Source: a virus
Taxonomy: Duplodnaviria; Caudoviricetes
Reading direction: 5' to 3' (one strand)
DNA length: 64,000 nt
IMG/VR virus record: IMGVR_UViG_2928826531_000001
Location: 31,603-95,602 of that record
The first letter of the stretch is position 1. Each line of letters opens with the position of its first letter. A program made the translations under genes and the position numbers. The notes under the pieces are model-generated. The model did not search any database and had not been told where the DNA came from. It saw only the letters and a list, made by a program, of their open reading frames with translations. Positions 1 through 9,671 of the stretch are shown one piece after another.

Positions 1-65
1 CAGAATGGCGCTTGGCGCCTCGTCTGTTCGCGCCTGCCGCCGATTCCTGACCAGCGAGATCGCCC

Positions 66-284
66 ATGGCCCTCACCCAAGCCTTTCTGGACAAGCTGGT
101 GCAGGCCTGGGCCACCGGTGCGCGCCGTGTCGAATACAGCGGCACCGTGACCGAGTTCACGTCGGGCGCCGATCTGGAGCGCCGGATTGCCGTCACCGCG
201 AACGCGCTCGGCGTGCCGAACCCGCTCAGCGCCGCGGCTCCGGCCGCCCGCGCGCCATCCATCCTTTTGCAGTTCCGCCGGTAG
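66..284 (+). CDS. gpW-like head-tail joining protein
   Basis: 72 aa, 'ATGARRVEYSG..EF' pattern, directly upstream of a lambda-type portal. Confidence 0.75.
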   Translation: MALTQAFLDKLVQAWATGARRVEYSGTVTEFTSGADLERRIAVTANALGVPNPLSAAAPAARAPSILLQFRR

Positions 285-288
285 CGCC

Positions 289-1881
289 ATGAAAGCCAAC
301 TGGCTCGATCGCGCCATCGGGGTCGTCTCCCCGGCGGCGCAGCTCCAGCGCATGCGTCATCGGGCGGCCATCGATGTGATGGCGCGCGCCTACGATGCGG
401 CCCAGCCGAGCCGCCGCCGCGAAGGCCGGCGTCCGCCGAACACGGGCGCGAACGCCGAAACCTGGTCGTCTTTGCGCGTGCTGCGCGGCGCCTCGCGCGA
501 GGCCGTACGGAATTCCGGGTACGCGGCGAAAGCCGTCCGAACCTTGGCGACCAAGCTGGTCGGCACCGGAATCACCCCGCGCGCGGATACCAAGAACGAG
601 AAGCTCGACAAGGAGATCAATGACGCCTTCGAGATCTGGCGGAAGGAGTGCGACGCGGCCGGTACGCACGATTACTATGGCCTGCAACGTCTCGCCGCCC
701 GGTCCTTCTTCGAAGGGGGTGAGGCGCTGACCAGAAAGCGGATGCGCTTCCGCCGCGACGGCCTGTATGTGCCGCTCGAGCTCCAGATGCTGGAGCCGGA
801 TCATCTGGACGAGACGAAAAACGAGATCATGGCCAATGGCCGCATCGTCCAGGGCATCGAGACCAGCAACGGGCGCGAGCGCCGGGTGGCCTACTGGCTC
901 TTTCCAGACCATCCCGGCGAACGCGTTGGCCTGATCCGTGGCGGCGGCCTTGAGCCGAAGTCGGTGCCGGCCGACGAGGTGGCGCACTTCTATGACAAGC
1001 TGCGCATCGGGCAGCAGCGTGGCGTGCCCTGGCTTACGTCCGTCCTGATCGCCCTGGAAGATCTGGGCGACTACCGCGTCTCGGAGCAGATGCGGAAGAA
1101 GCTGGAAGCGTGCTTCGTCGGCGCGGTCATTGGGGAGGGGGACGGCAACGACGGTCAGCTTGGGCCGCGCGCGGTCGACGCAACGGGCCAGCTTGTCGAG
1201 ACCGTTTCGCCCGGTATGCTGTTCCGCGCCACCGGCGCCAAGCAAGTCCAGTTTCACCAGCCGACCACCAACCCGGACTACCCGGGCTACATCAAAAGCG
1301 AGTTGCGCGGCGTCGCCGCCGGCGCGTGCATGACGTACGAGCTGCTGACCGCCGACCTATCGGACGTCAACTATTCCAGCTACCGGGCCGGTCTGAACGA
1401 CTTCCACGCGATGATCGATCAGCTTCAGTGGCTCGACTTCATCCCGATGTGGTGCGAGCCGACGTGGCGCTGGTTCATCGACGCGGCCTATCTGGCGGGC
1501 CGCATCTCGCAGCGTCATTACGGCGTCGCCTGGGAGCCCCCGAAGTTCGTGTCCCCGGACCCGCTCAAGGACTTCCTCGCCGATTTGGGCGAGGTGCGCG
1601 CCGGCTTCCAGGCGCCGCAGCAGGCGATCGCGCGCCGGGGCTACAACTGGCGCGAACTGCTCGCCCAGCACATCGAGTGGAAGAAGGCCGTCGGCGACGC
1701 TGGCCTGGTGTTCGACATCGACCCGAGCAAGGTCACCAAGACCGGTGCGGCGAACAACGTCCAAGATGCGCCGCCGGGCGACCGCGCCATGACGCTCGCC
1801 CGCGCCGCGCTCGACATGCTTGAGGCTGAGGGCGATCCCGACGCCGCCACGCTCCGCGCCCTGATCGAGCAGCGCGGCTAA
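289..1881 (+). CDS. Phage portal protein, lambda family
   Basis: ATG at 289 (MKANWLDRAI); LEPDHLD, GQQRGVPW, DLSDVNYSSYRAG and DPLKD motifs. Confidence 0.95.
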   Translation: MKANWLDRAIGVVSPAAQLQRMRHRAAIDVMARAYDAAQPSRRREGRRPPNTGANAETWSSLRVLRGASREAVRNSGYAAKAVRTLATKLVGTGITPRADTKNEKLDKEINDAFEIWRKECDAAGTHDYYGLQRLAARSFFEGGEALTRKRMRFRRDGLYVPLELQMLEPDHLDETKNEIMANGRIVQGIETSNGRERRVAYWLFPDHPGERVGLIRGGGLEPKSVPADEVAHFYDKLRIGQQRGVPWLTSVLIALEDLGDYRVSEQMRKKLEACFVGAVIGEGDGNDGQLGPRAVDATGQLVETVSPGMLFRATGAKQVQFHQPTTNPDYPGYIKSELRGVAAGACMTYELLTADLSDVNYSSYRAGLNDFHAMIDQLQWLDFIPMWCEPTWRWFIDAAYLAGRISQRHYGVAWEPPKFVSPDPLKDFLADLGEVRAGFQAPQQAIARRGYNWRELLAQHIEWKKAVGDAGLVFDIDPSKVTKTGAANNVQDAPPGDRAMTLARAALDMLEAEGDPDAATLRALIEQRG

Positions 1882-1901
1882 CTCCAGCAACCGGAGAAAC
1901 C

Positions 1902-4016
1902 ATGACGACACCGACCCAAGGGGCGGCGCCGGGCGGTGCCGCTTCGCAGCAGCGCGGCACGCCGGACCAGCCCATTCAGATGCGGGCCGCCAACCTGGAG
2001 CCGGCCTCCTTCAACGCGGATGACCGCACGGTCGAGCTGGTGGCCTCCACCGGTGCCACCGTCCGCCGCTATGACTGGTGGACCGGCGAGCAGTACGACG
2101 AGGTGCTGCTGGTCACCGCCGACGCGGTGGATCTGACCCGGTTCGAGGCCGGCAGCGTGCCGATCCTGAACGCCCACAGCCAGTGGGAGGTGAAGGACAT
2201 CATGGGCGCCGCCGTCCCCGGCACGGCCCGCTTTGAGAGCGGCAGCCTGATCCTGACGGCCAAGCTGTCGTCCCGCGACGACGTTGCCGGGTTCGCCCAG
2301 GATGTCGCCGACGGCATCATCCGCAACGTCTCGGTCGGTTACCGCGTCCTCGGCTACGAGGTTGACGAAACCACCAAGCCGAAAACCCGCACCATCACGA
2401 AGTGGGAGCTTCTAGAGGTGTCCTTCGTCCCGGTCGGTGCCGACGGCGCGGCCGGAACGCGCGCCTTGCCGGACACCGCTCCCGCTCAGGCCCGCCACGC
2501 GGAGGGCGCCCAGCCCGCCGCTACCGTCAACGTGACCATCGACACGGCCGGCATTGCCACAGCCGTGACCGACGCCGTTTCCCGCGCGGTCGCCGCGCAC
2601 TCCCCCCACCAGGACAGCCAAGGAGACACCCGCATGTCCGTGCAGACCAATCCGGCGGCCGAGCCCACGCCGTCCGAGTCCCCGATCGAGAACCGCTCGG
2701 CCCCGCCGCAGCCCGCCGCTCCGGCGCCGGCCCCCGCCCCGGATCTGACCGCCATCCGGGCGGCCGAAGACGCGCGCCTGCGGGAAATCCGCTCCATCGC
2801 CGCCAACCCGGCCTTCGGCGTCGGCGACGAGATGCTGTCGCGTGCGATCACCGATGGCACCTCGGTCGCTGACTTCCGCGCCGTGGTGCTGGAGGAGATG
2901 GGCAAGCGTCACGCGCAGCAGCCGGAGACGCACGGCAGCATCACCATCGTGCGCGATGAGGGTCAGACCCGCGCCGACTCCGTGGTCGAGTACCTGCTGT
3001 ACCGCACGGATCCGAACCGCAACAAGCTGACCGAGCGCGCCCGCGGCTTCGTCGGCTGCAGCATGGTCGAGTTGGCCCGCGAGTTCGTCGGCGGTGGCGC
3101 CCGTGGCCTGGACCGTGCCGAGATCGTCCGGCGCGCCATGCACACCACCTCGGACTTCCCCTACGTGCTGGGCGCGACGCTGCGTCGCACGCTGCGGACC
3201 AGCTACGAGAGCGTGGCGCTCACCTTCACGCCGTTCGCCCGGCGCACCACGCTGGCCGACTTCCGCGCGACCTCCCGCGTCCGCCTGGGCGCGGCGCCGT
3301 CGCTGCTGAAGGTGAACGAGGCGGGCGAGATCAAGGCCGGCAGCTTCAAGGACACCGGGGCGTCGATCCAGCTGGAGACCTACGCGCGCCAGCTTCGGGT
3401 GACCCGCCAGATGCTGATCAACGACGATCTGAGCGCCTTCACCCAGATCCCGGTGGCCTTTGGCGCGGCGGCGGCCCGCCTGCAGAACGACCTTGTGTGG
3501 GGTCTGATCACCAGCAACCCGGTGCTCGCCGACGGCAATCCGCTGTTCGACGCCTCTCACGGCAACTTGGCTGCGGCCGGAACGGCGCTGTCCGTGAAGT
3601 CCATCGCCACGGCCGACGCCGCTATGGGCAAGCAACAGGACGACAACGGCGCCGATCTGAACCTGATGCTGCGGTGGCTCCTGGTGCCGCGCGAGCTGCG
3701 CCAGGTGACCGACACCATCATCGCCGGCAAGGTCACCGCGACCAAGGCCGACGATGCGGTGCCGGCGTACATGACCGACCTCGGCTACGTCACCGACGGG
3801 CGCCTGTCGCGCGCCTCGGCCACCTCCTGGTACGGCGTCTGCGACCCCAACGCCTTCGACACGCTGGAATTCGCGTACCTCGAAGGCGAGGAGGGCGTGC
3901 AGACCACGGACATGGAGAAGGTCCAGGGCGTGGACGGCCTTGCCATGGAGGCTCGCCTGGACTTCGCGGCGGCCATCATCGACCACCGCGGCTTCTACAA
4001 GAACCCGGGCGCCTGA
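1902..4016 (+). CDS. Prohead protease / major capsid fusion protein
   Basis: N-terminal HK97-type protease (ILNAH, NVSVGY, ELLEVSFVPVGAD); Pro/Ala linker; capsid domain (HTTSDFP, TRQMLINDDL, FAYLEG, DHRGFYKNPGA). Confidence 0.93.
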   Translation: MTTPTQGAAPGGAASQQRGTPDQPIQMRAANLEPASFNADDRTVELVASTGATVRRYDWWTGEQYDEVLLVTADAVDLTRFEAGSVPILNAHSQWEVKDIMGAAVPGTARFESGSLILTAKLSSRDDVAGFAQDVADGIIRNVSVGYRVLGYEVDETTKPKTRTITKWELLEVSFVPVGADGAAGTRALPDTAPAQARHAEGAQPAATVNVTIDTAGIATAVTDAVSRAVAAHSPHQDSQGDTRMSVQTNPAAEPTPSESPIENRSAPPQPAAPAPAPAPDLTAIRAAEDARLREIRSIAANPAFGVGDEMLSRAITDGTSVADFRAVVLEEMGKRHAQQPETHGSITIVRDEGQTRADSVVEYLLYRTDPNRNKLTERARGFVGCSMVELAREFVGGGARGLDRAEIVRRAMHTTSDFPYVLGATLRRTLRTSYESVALTFTPFARRTTLADFRATSRVRLGAAPSLLKVNEAGEIKAGSFKDTGASIQLETYARQLRVTRQMLINDDLSAFTQIPVAFGAAAARLQNDLVWGLITSNPVLADGNPLFDASHGNLAAAGTALSVKSIATADAAMGKQQDDNGADLNLMLRWLLVPRELRQVTDTIIAGKVTATKADDAVPAYMTDLGYVTDGRLSRASATSWYGVCDPNAFDTLEFAYLEGEEGVQTTDMEKVQGVDGLAMEARLDFAAAIIDHRGFYKNPGA

Positions 4017-4040
4017 TCGGCTCCCGCGTGGTGACCCATA

Positions 4041-4071
4041 GGGCGGCCGGATGGTCGCCCTTTTCCTTTTT
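4041..4071 (+). terminator. Rho-independent terminator after the capsid gene
   Basis: GGGCGGCC-GGAT-GGTCGCCC stem followed by TTTTCCTTTTT. Confidence 0.6.
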
Positions 4072-4085
4072 CCGGGAGTATCGGC

Positions 4086-4424
4086 ATGCGTAATTACGTG
4101 CAGGAGGGATGCACCCTCACTCTGACCGCCCCCTACGACGTGGCCAGCGGCAACGGTCTGCTGGTCGGTTCGATCTTCGGCGTGGCCTCGTCCAACGCGA
4201 CCAATGGCGCGGTCGTGGAGGCCTGCGTGGAGGGTGTCTTCGACCTGACCGCCGAAGGCGCGGGCAGCGGACAGGACATCGCCCAGGGCGGCGCGGTTTA
4301 CTGGGACAACACCGCGAAGCGGTGCACCAAGACGGCGACCAGCAACACCAAGATCGGCGTCGCTACCGAGGCCAAGGCGTCGACCGCGACCACCGTCCGT
4401 GTGCGCCTGAGCGCCGCGTTCTGA
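4086..4424 (+). CDS. DUF2190 family capsid cement/decoration protein
   Basis: MRNYVQEG..LTLTAP, GVFDL, VYWDNTAK, VRVRL; typical position after fused capsid. Confidence 0.88.
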   Translation: MRNYVQEGCTLTLTAPYDVASGNGLLVGSIFGVASSNATNGAVVEACVEGVFDLTAEGAGSGQDIAQGGAVYWDNTAKRCTKTATSNTKIGVATEAKASTATTVRVRLSAAF

Positions 4425-4485
4425 CCGGGCTGGGCCGGGGCGGCACAGCGCCGCTCCGGTCCGTTCCTTTCCTGGAGGACCGGCG

Positions 4486-4791
4486 ATGACCGTCCAGACA
4501 CCCACCAACCAGAACCTTGAGTCTCTTCCGGCGATCTGCCCGGGGCAGACCATCACCGTTCCCATCGGTGCCGGCAATCAGGTGTCGCCCGCCATCGCCG
4601 CAGGCGCGGTGCGCCTCTTCGCGACGGCTACCTGCTTCGTGGCCTGTGGCGATGCTCCGGACGCCACCGCCAACGGGTTCCCACTGGGCACCGAGGCTCC
4701 GGAACTTTTCGGCTTCACCGACGGACAGAAGATCGCCGTGATCGGCCGCTCGGGCGGAACCGGGACCTTATTCGTCACGCCGGCGCTGTAG
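4486..4791 (+). CDS. Small virion-associated beta protein (possible head spike base)
   Basis: 101 aa, GGAGG RBS, beta-rich, in head cluster. Confidence 0.55.
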   Translation: MTVQTPTNQNLESLPAICPGQTITVPIGAGNQVSPAIAAGAVRLFATATCFVACGDAPDATANGFPLGTEAPELFGFTDGQKIAVIGRSGGTGTLFVTPAL

Positions 4792-4842
4792 CGCCATCCC
4801 CCGACCCATCCTCGTATATCCCGATCAACGGAGCGACTCTCT

Positions 4843-5835
4843 ATGTCTTCGTCTGATGCCCACGACCTCGACGATTCCGTGTTCCGCGAGCACGCGCCGC
4901 GCATTGTCGCCGACACAATCGTCGCCGACAAGATCGTCAACGGATCCATTAGCGGCCTCCGCCTGCCCAGCTGCGAGCAGCCGACCGTGGTGCCGAACAC
5001 CGTCACCGCGGGCCGCCTCGTCATCGGCGAGATCACCCAGGAGATGCTCGACAAGGCGCGTATCGCCGATCCCAACGACAGCCTGCACGGCGTGACCGAT
5101 TGCGGCATCCCCGGCCATCGGGTCGAGACGCACGATTGCCTGCTGCGCGCTCCCCGGCCCGGCGAACTGATCGTCGACGGCGCCATCACGGCCACCACCA
5201 TCACGCCCGGCACCATCAATATCGGCAATGCCACGGTCAACGGCGTTAAGATTGATCCGGCGAGATTCAGCGTCGACACCATCAGTGGCGGAACGATCGT
5301 AGCGCCCGCGGCCGAGATCGTCGATGGTGCGATCACTGATGCCCGCATCGTGCCGGGCGTCGAGATTGAGGGCGGCAAGATCGTCGTCGGATCGCTCCGG
5401 ACCGACGGCCCGCTGCCGCTCTACAAGCCCGAGGACATTGCGTCGACGACGGTGACGCTGAAATCCGGGCACAGAATCGTTCAGAGGGGCAACCGGATCG
5501 ACATCGAGCGGCCTCTGCTGGACGAGCGCATCAAGGCCGGGTCGCCCCCCGACGGTCTGTCGCACGAGGACTGGGGCATCATTCACGCCGCCGCGGAGAT
5601 GCACAGCAACCGCTCATGGCGGGGATTCGGCGGAGTGCATCCTGAACTGGCGGCGACCATGCGCGCCATGCCCCACCCGCCCTTCGTGACCGACACGGAA
5701 TGGCGCGATCTCGCGCACACCGTGGAGAAAGGGTTTCTGATCGTCGACGGCGGCTCCGCCATCAAGGCCGTCAAGCTTGAGGCGATGAGCGTTTCCCAGT
5801 CCCGCCAGGACCTTCTCCAACAGCCGACGGAGTAA
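4843..5835 (+). CDS. Hypothetical protein with IVDGAIT-type repeats
   Basis: IVADTIVADKIVNGSI, IVDGAITATTITPGTI and IVDGAITDARIVPG repeats resemble the tail-tip linkers. Confidence 0.6.
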   Translation: MSSSDAHDLDDSVFREHAPRIVADTIVADKIVNGSISGLRLPSCEQPTVVPNTVTAGRLVIGEITQEMLDKARIADPNDSLHGVTDCGIPGHRVETHDCLLRAPRPGELIVDGAITATTITPGTINIGNATVNGVKIDPARFSVDTISGGTIVAPAAEIVDGAITDARIVPGVEIEGGKIVVGSLRTDGPLPLYKPEDIASTTVTLKSGHRIVQRGNRIDIERPLLDERIKAGSPPDGLSHEDWGIIHAAAEMHSNRSWRGFGGVHPELAATMRAMPHPPFVTDTEWRDLAHTVEKGFLIVDGGSAIKAVKLEAMSVSQSRQDLLQQPTE

Positions 5836-5840
5836 ACGGC

Positions 5841-6080
5841 ATGCTCGCCTCGACCGAAGGTCCCATTGTCGTGAACCCGCTTGGCCTGATGGGGGCGCGG
5901 GTGTTTGGCGGTCCGTACGACGGCATGCCCTACGCTCTGGCGACCGCTCTCTCGTCTGGGCTTGTCGCCCCCGTCGAGTTGGAACGCCGGGGCTGGCGTT
6001 ACGCCGAGGGGCCCGAGATCGCAGAGTTCGTTCCCTCATCACCACCGCCGTTCCCTGATCCCCTGTCAACCACCGCTTGA
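5841..6080 (+). CDS. Hypothetical protein
   Basis: 79-aa ORF filling the gap between flanking genes. Confidence 0.45.
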   Translation: MLASTEGPIVVNPLGLMGARVFGGPYDGMPYALATALSSGLVAPVELERRGWRYAEGPEIAEFVPSSPPPFPDPLSTTA

Positions 6081-6092
6081 TGGAACGCGCCC

Positions 6093-7427
6093 ATGCCAAC
6101 TCCTCCGCTGTCCGACACGTTAGCCCAGCAGGCCATGGATGCGTGGCATAGGCACGGGCGATCCCGAAAGAAAGCCGCCGCGGAGCTAGGAATCCCGGTG
6201 CCGACCTTCGAAAGCAGGTTGGAAGCCGCGCAAGCCCGGGGCCTGTCGCCAATTCTGGCCAAGCCCCGGGTGCGGATCACCGCCGCCATGCAGCGTGGCC
6301 TGGAGCCGTTACCGTCTGCTGCTCCGACCACCCCGGCCGCGCCGGAGGCGGCGAGTGAGCCTCTGAGCACCCGCGAGCGCATCGCCTACGACGACCGCAT
6401 TCGCGACCTGGAGCGCCAGCTCCGCCAAGTGCTCCGCGACGATCTGGACGCGGAGAAGGTCCGCACCGCGATTCTCGGCCTGACGGCCGGAACGCCGGTA
6501 CCGCCGGCTTGGCTCGTGGAGGAGACGCACGGCGGGAGCGCCCCCGGAGTCCCTGTGACAATCTGGTCGGACTGGCATTTCGGCGAAGTCGTCAGGCCGG
6601 TGGAGGTCGGCGGCGTCAACGAGTTCAACATCACGGTCGCCCGCGAGCGCGTGCGCCGTCTGGTGGAACGCACCATCGACTTGTGCTTCGCGCACATGGT
6701 TCGGCCGGAATACCCGGGCATCGTCGTCTGCCTCGGCGGCGATATGATTTCCGGAGACATCCACGAGGAGTTGGCCGTCTCCAACGAGCTGCTGACGGCA
6801 CCGACGCTGATCGAACTGCAGGGCGTTCTGATCTGGGCGCTAGAGCGCTTGGCCGATCGGTTCGGGCGTGTGTTCGTTCCCTGCGTCGTAGGAAACCATG
6901 GCCGCATGACACACAAGCCACGCGCCAAGGGACGCGTGCACACGAGCTTCGAGTGGCTGCTGTATTGCCAGCTGGAGCGGCACTTCGCGAACGATCCGAG
7001 GGTGCAGTTCCACATTCCCGGCGAGGCGGACGCGCACTTCAGTGTCTACGGCCATCGCTACATGCTGACCCACGGCGACAGCATGGGCGTCAAAGGCGGT
7101 GACGGCATGATCGGCCTCTTGGGGCCGGTCACGCGCGGGACGATCAAGCTGCGCAACAGCGAAGCGCAGATCGGCCGCGACTTCGACACGGTCATACTGG
7201 GCCACTGGCACCAGTACCTGCCTATGCCGGGCTGCATCGTGAACGGAAGCCTCAAGGGCTACGACGAGTATGCGCGCCTCTACCTGCGCGCCAGGTATCA
7301 GGAGCCCATCCAGGCATTGTGGTTCACCCACGCGCAACGCGGCGTGACCTTCCAAGTTCCCGTCTATTTGGACGAGCGAAAGAACGCCGAGGGCCGAGAT
7401 TGGGTGGCCTGGAGAGTAGCGGCATGA
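6093..7427 (+). CDS. HTH + calcineurin-like metallophosphoesterase
   Basis: N-terminal HTH (KKAAAELGIPVPTF); SDWHFG, GGDMISG, GNHG, THGD and GHWH motifs. Confidence 0.88.
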   Translation: MPTPPLSDTLAQQAMDAWHRHGRSRKKAAAELGIPVPTFESRLEAAQARGLSPILAKPRVRITAAMQRGLEPLPSAAPTTPAAPEAASEPLSTRERIAYDDRIRDLERQLRQVLRDDLDAEKVRTAILGLTAGTPVPPAWLVEETHGGSAPGVPVTIWSDWHFGEVVRPVEVGGVNEFNITVARERVRRLVERTIDLCFAHMVRPEYPGIVVCLGGDMISGDIHEELAVSNELLTAPTLIELQGVLIWALERLADRFGRVFVPCVVGNHGRMTHKPRAKGRVHTSFEWLLYCQLERHFANDPRVQFHIPGEADAHFSVYGHRYMLTHGDSMGVKGGDGMIGLLGPVTRGTIKLRNSEAQIGRDFDTVILGHWHQYLPMPGCIVNGSLKGYDEYARLYLRARYQEPIQALWFTHAQRGVTFQVPVYLDERKNAEGRDWVAWRVAA

Positions 7428-7828
7428 GCTTCTGGTATCTGGCCACGCCGTACAGCCTCTATGCCGGCGGCATCGACGCGGCCTTCCGCGCCGCCTGCGA
7501 GCAAGCGGCCATCCTGCTCCGGTCCGGAATCGCGGTCCTGAGCCCAATCGCGCACTCCCACCCGATCTCGATTCACGGCGGTATCGACCCGTTGAGCCAC
7601 GCCATCTGGCTGAAGGCGGACGCGCCGTTCATGGCTGCGGCCAACGGCCTGATCGTCTGCAAGCTCCCGGGCTGGACCGAGAGCTACGGCGTCGCGGAGG
7701 AGATCAAGGCCTTCGAGGCCATGGGAAAACGCGTCCATTACATGCAGCCCGGCGTGGTGCCGGCGGCGCTGCTACCGGATCCGGAGGTCCTGACCGCAAC
7801 AACCTGCCCTCTGGAGATGCTGGGATGA
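7424..7828 (+). CDS. DUF1937 / nucleoside 2-deoxyribosyltransferase-like protein
   Basis: YLATPYS, SPIAHSH, LPGWTESYGVAEEI; ATGA overlap with the upstream gene. Confidence 0.85.
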   Translation: MSFWYLATPYSLYAGGIDAAFRAACEQAAILLRSGIAVLSPIAHSHPISIHGGIDPLSHAIWLKADAPFMAAANGLIVCKLPGWTESYGVAEEIKAFEAMGKRVHYMQPGVVPAALLPDPEVLTATTCPLEMLG

Positions 7829-8430
7829 TCGGGCCGTCCATCGTCATCGCCCTGACCGGCTTGGCCGGCTCCGGCAAGTCCACCGTCGCCGACAGGCTGA
7901 CCGCTATGTACGGGTTCCGGCGGGAGAAATTCGCCGGGCCGTTGAAAGACATGATGCGTGCCTTCGGCTTGTCCGAAGACGAGATCGAGGGCGACCGGAA
8001 AGAGGTGTCGAGCGACCTTCTGTGCGGAGCCACGCCGCGGCACGCGATGCGGACTTTGGGGACCGAATGGGGCAGGATGCTCATCCACCCGGATCTCTGG
8101 GCAAGCGCCTGGAGGCGGCGTGCATCGACTGGGCGGGTGGTCGCGGATGACTGCCGGTTCCTCAACGAAGCCACGGCGGTCCGGACGCTCGGCGGGACCA
8201 TCGTCCGCATTGAGCGTCCGGGCCTTGCTGCGGCCGCCCATGTCTCGGAACAGGAAATGTCCGGCATCGTGCCGGACGAGACGATCGTCAATGATGGGTC
8301 GCCCGCCGATCTGGCCCGCAAGGTGGACGAGCTGGTCTCCCGCCTGCTGGCGCGGCCGTCGGCGGCGGTGGCCACTCACGCTGAACTCGCCACCAACCTG
8401 CCGGCGCGGCCGGTGATCCTGGAGACCTGA
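7825..8430 (+). CDS. Deoxynucleoside monophosphate kinase
   Basis: P-loop GLAGSGKST, FAGPLK, TPR..MRTLGTEWGR, DCRFLNE, HVSE. Confidence 0.92.
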   Translation: MIGPSIVIALTGLAGSGKSTVADRLTAMYGFRREKFAGPLKDMMRAFGLSEDEIEGDRKEVSSDLLCGATPRHAMRTLGTEWGRMLIHPDLWASAWRRRASTGRVVADDCRFLNEATAVRTLGGTIVRIERPGLAAAAHVSEQEMSGIVPDETIVNDGSPADLARKVDELVSRLLARPSAAVATHAELATNLPARPVILET

Positions 8431-8433
8431 CCC

Positions 8434-8925
8434 ATGCGCATTGCCGCTCGCCTGACCTTCGCTCTATCCGCCGCTGCCGGTGTCCTCATCGCCGCCGCCG
8501 GGCACGCCGACCAGGGGGGCATTGCCCCCGAGCAGATCGAGACTTTCATCGCCGCGTTCGTGTACCTGATCCGCGCCACGCAGAGTGGCGGCCCCTGGGT
8601 CATGGGCCTCGCGGTGCTCGGCATGGGGGCCAACATCGCGTGGCTGATCTACTGGCTCCCGCACATCGTCAAGCCACTGGCTTCAGCCGTCTCCATGGTT
8701 CGCCGGGGCTCGACCGAGCGGGAGTTGGAGTTGGAGCAGAAGTTGGCCGAGGCGGACCGGAAGATCGCCCAGATGGAAGCCGATGTCAGATCCCTTCAGC
8801 ACCAGGTGGAGGAGCAGGCAACGCTTTTGCGCGAGATCACGAAATACGTTGATCCCAAGAAGCTCGACCCGGACATCCTCGCTCGACTGTTCGGCGGTCC
8901 CACGACCGCACACGCGGTGTCCTGA
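8434..8925 (+). CDS. Membrane protein with C-terminal coiled coil
   Basis: Three hydrophobic segments followed by heptad-rich ELEQKLAEADRKIAQMEADV. Confidence 0.6.
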   Translation: MRIAARLTFALSAAAGVLIAAAGHADQGGIAPEQIETFIAAFVYLIRATQSGGPWVMGLAVLGMGANIAWLIYWLPHIVKPLASAVSMVRRGSTERELELEQKLAEADRKIAQMEADVRSLQHQVEEQATLLREITKYVDPKKLDPDILARLFGGPTTAHAVS

Positions 8926-8933
8926 TCCGGGGA

Positions 8934-9431
8934 TCAGGCGGCGTGCTGGTGCGTGGCCGCATCGTATCCGGCGCAGGCCAACGCAATGGTCCGCGGGATC
9001 TCCTTGTCGCCGCTTCGGTAGTAGGCGACGAGGCGGCGGCCGATGCCCAGCTCGTCGGCAGCTCGGTCAAGGCTCAGGCCGTGCCGCTCCATCCACGCGC
9101 GGAACCGCTCAGCGCTCCAGTGATCGTAGGTGGCCATGATGGCGTAATGCTCGACCAAGGTGGCGGGCATCTCGATTGGGCCACGGCTTGTGTCCCAACG
9201 AATGACGTTTCCATTGTCGATCAAAGAGCCGGTCGCAAAGAAGCCGGAATCCATGAGCGGGGCGAACTCGCGGAAATGGTGGACCGCGTTGCCCAGATCC
9301 ACCGTCTCTTCCCGGCCGGCGCGCGGGCCTTCCGCCCAGGTGACGAGGACGGTGTGATCGCCAAGGTGGCGGAGCGACGCGATGACCGGCATCGGATCGC
9401 CCACGGTCACGTAGTCGGTGTCAGCGCTCAT
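8934..9431 (-). CDS. DUF2442 + HTH antitoxin-like regulator
   Basis: DUF2442-like N-terminus (VTWAEG..DL..F.PL.D..FF...W) and C-terminal XRE HTH (LSLDRAADELGIGRRLVAYY..IPRTIALAC). Confidence 0.85.
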   Translation of the reverse strand: MSADTDYVTVGDPMPVIASLRHLGDHTVLVTWAEGPRAGREETVDLGNAVHHFREFAPLMDSGFFATGSLIDNGNVIRWDTSRGPIEMPATLVEHYAIMATYDHWSAERFRAWMERHGLSLDRAADELGIGRRLVAYYRSGDKEIPRTIALACAGYDAATHQHAA

Positions 9432-9651
9432 TGAGACGGCTCCACTCGGACAGCAGGTTATCAATGTTGGCGCGAGCCCACGCGATGGCCTCTTCCAGAT
9501 CCCGACGATGCGCCTTGCCGCGCATGACGGTCAGAGTGTCGAGACGGACCATCGCATTGGAGTTCGGGCCGCGAAGGTGAAAGTGCGGAGGAACGTGATC
9601 GCCGGCGAACATCTGAACCTTGCTGTTGGACAGTTCGATGATCGTCGGCAT
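9421..9651 (-). CDS. DUF4160 family toxin-like protein
   Basis: MPTI..., DHVPPHFH, WARAN..LLSEW; canonical pairing with DUF2442. Confidence 0.88.
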   Translation of the reverse strand: MPTIIELSNSKVQMFAGDHVPPHFHLRGPNSNAMVRLDTLTVMRGKAHRRDLEEAIAWARANIDNLLSEWSRLNER

Positions 9652-9671
9652 TTGCGTTCCCCGTTTCGATG

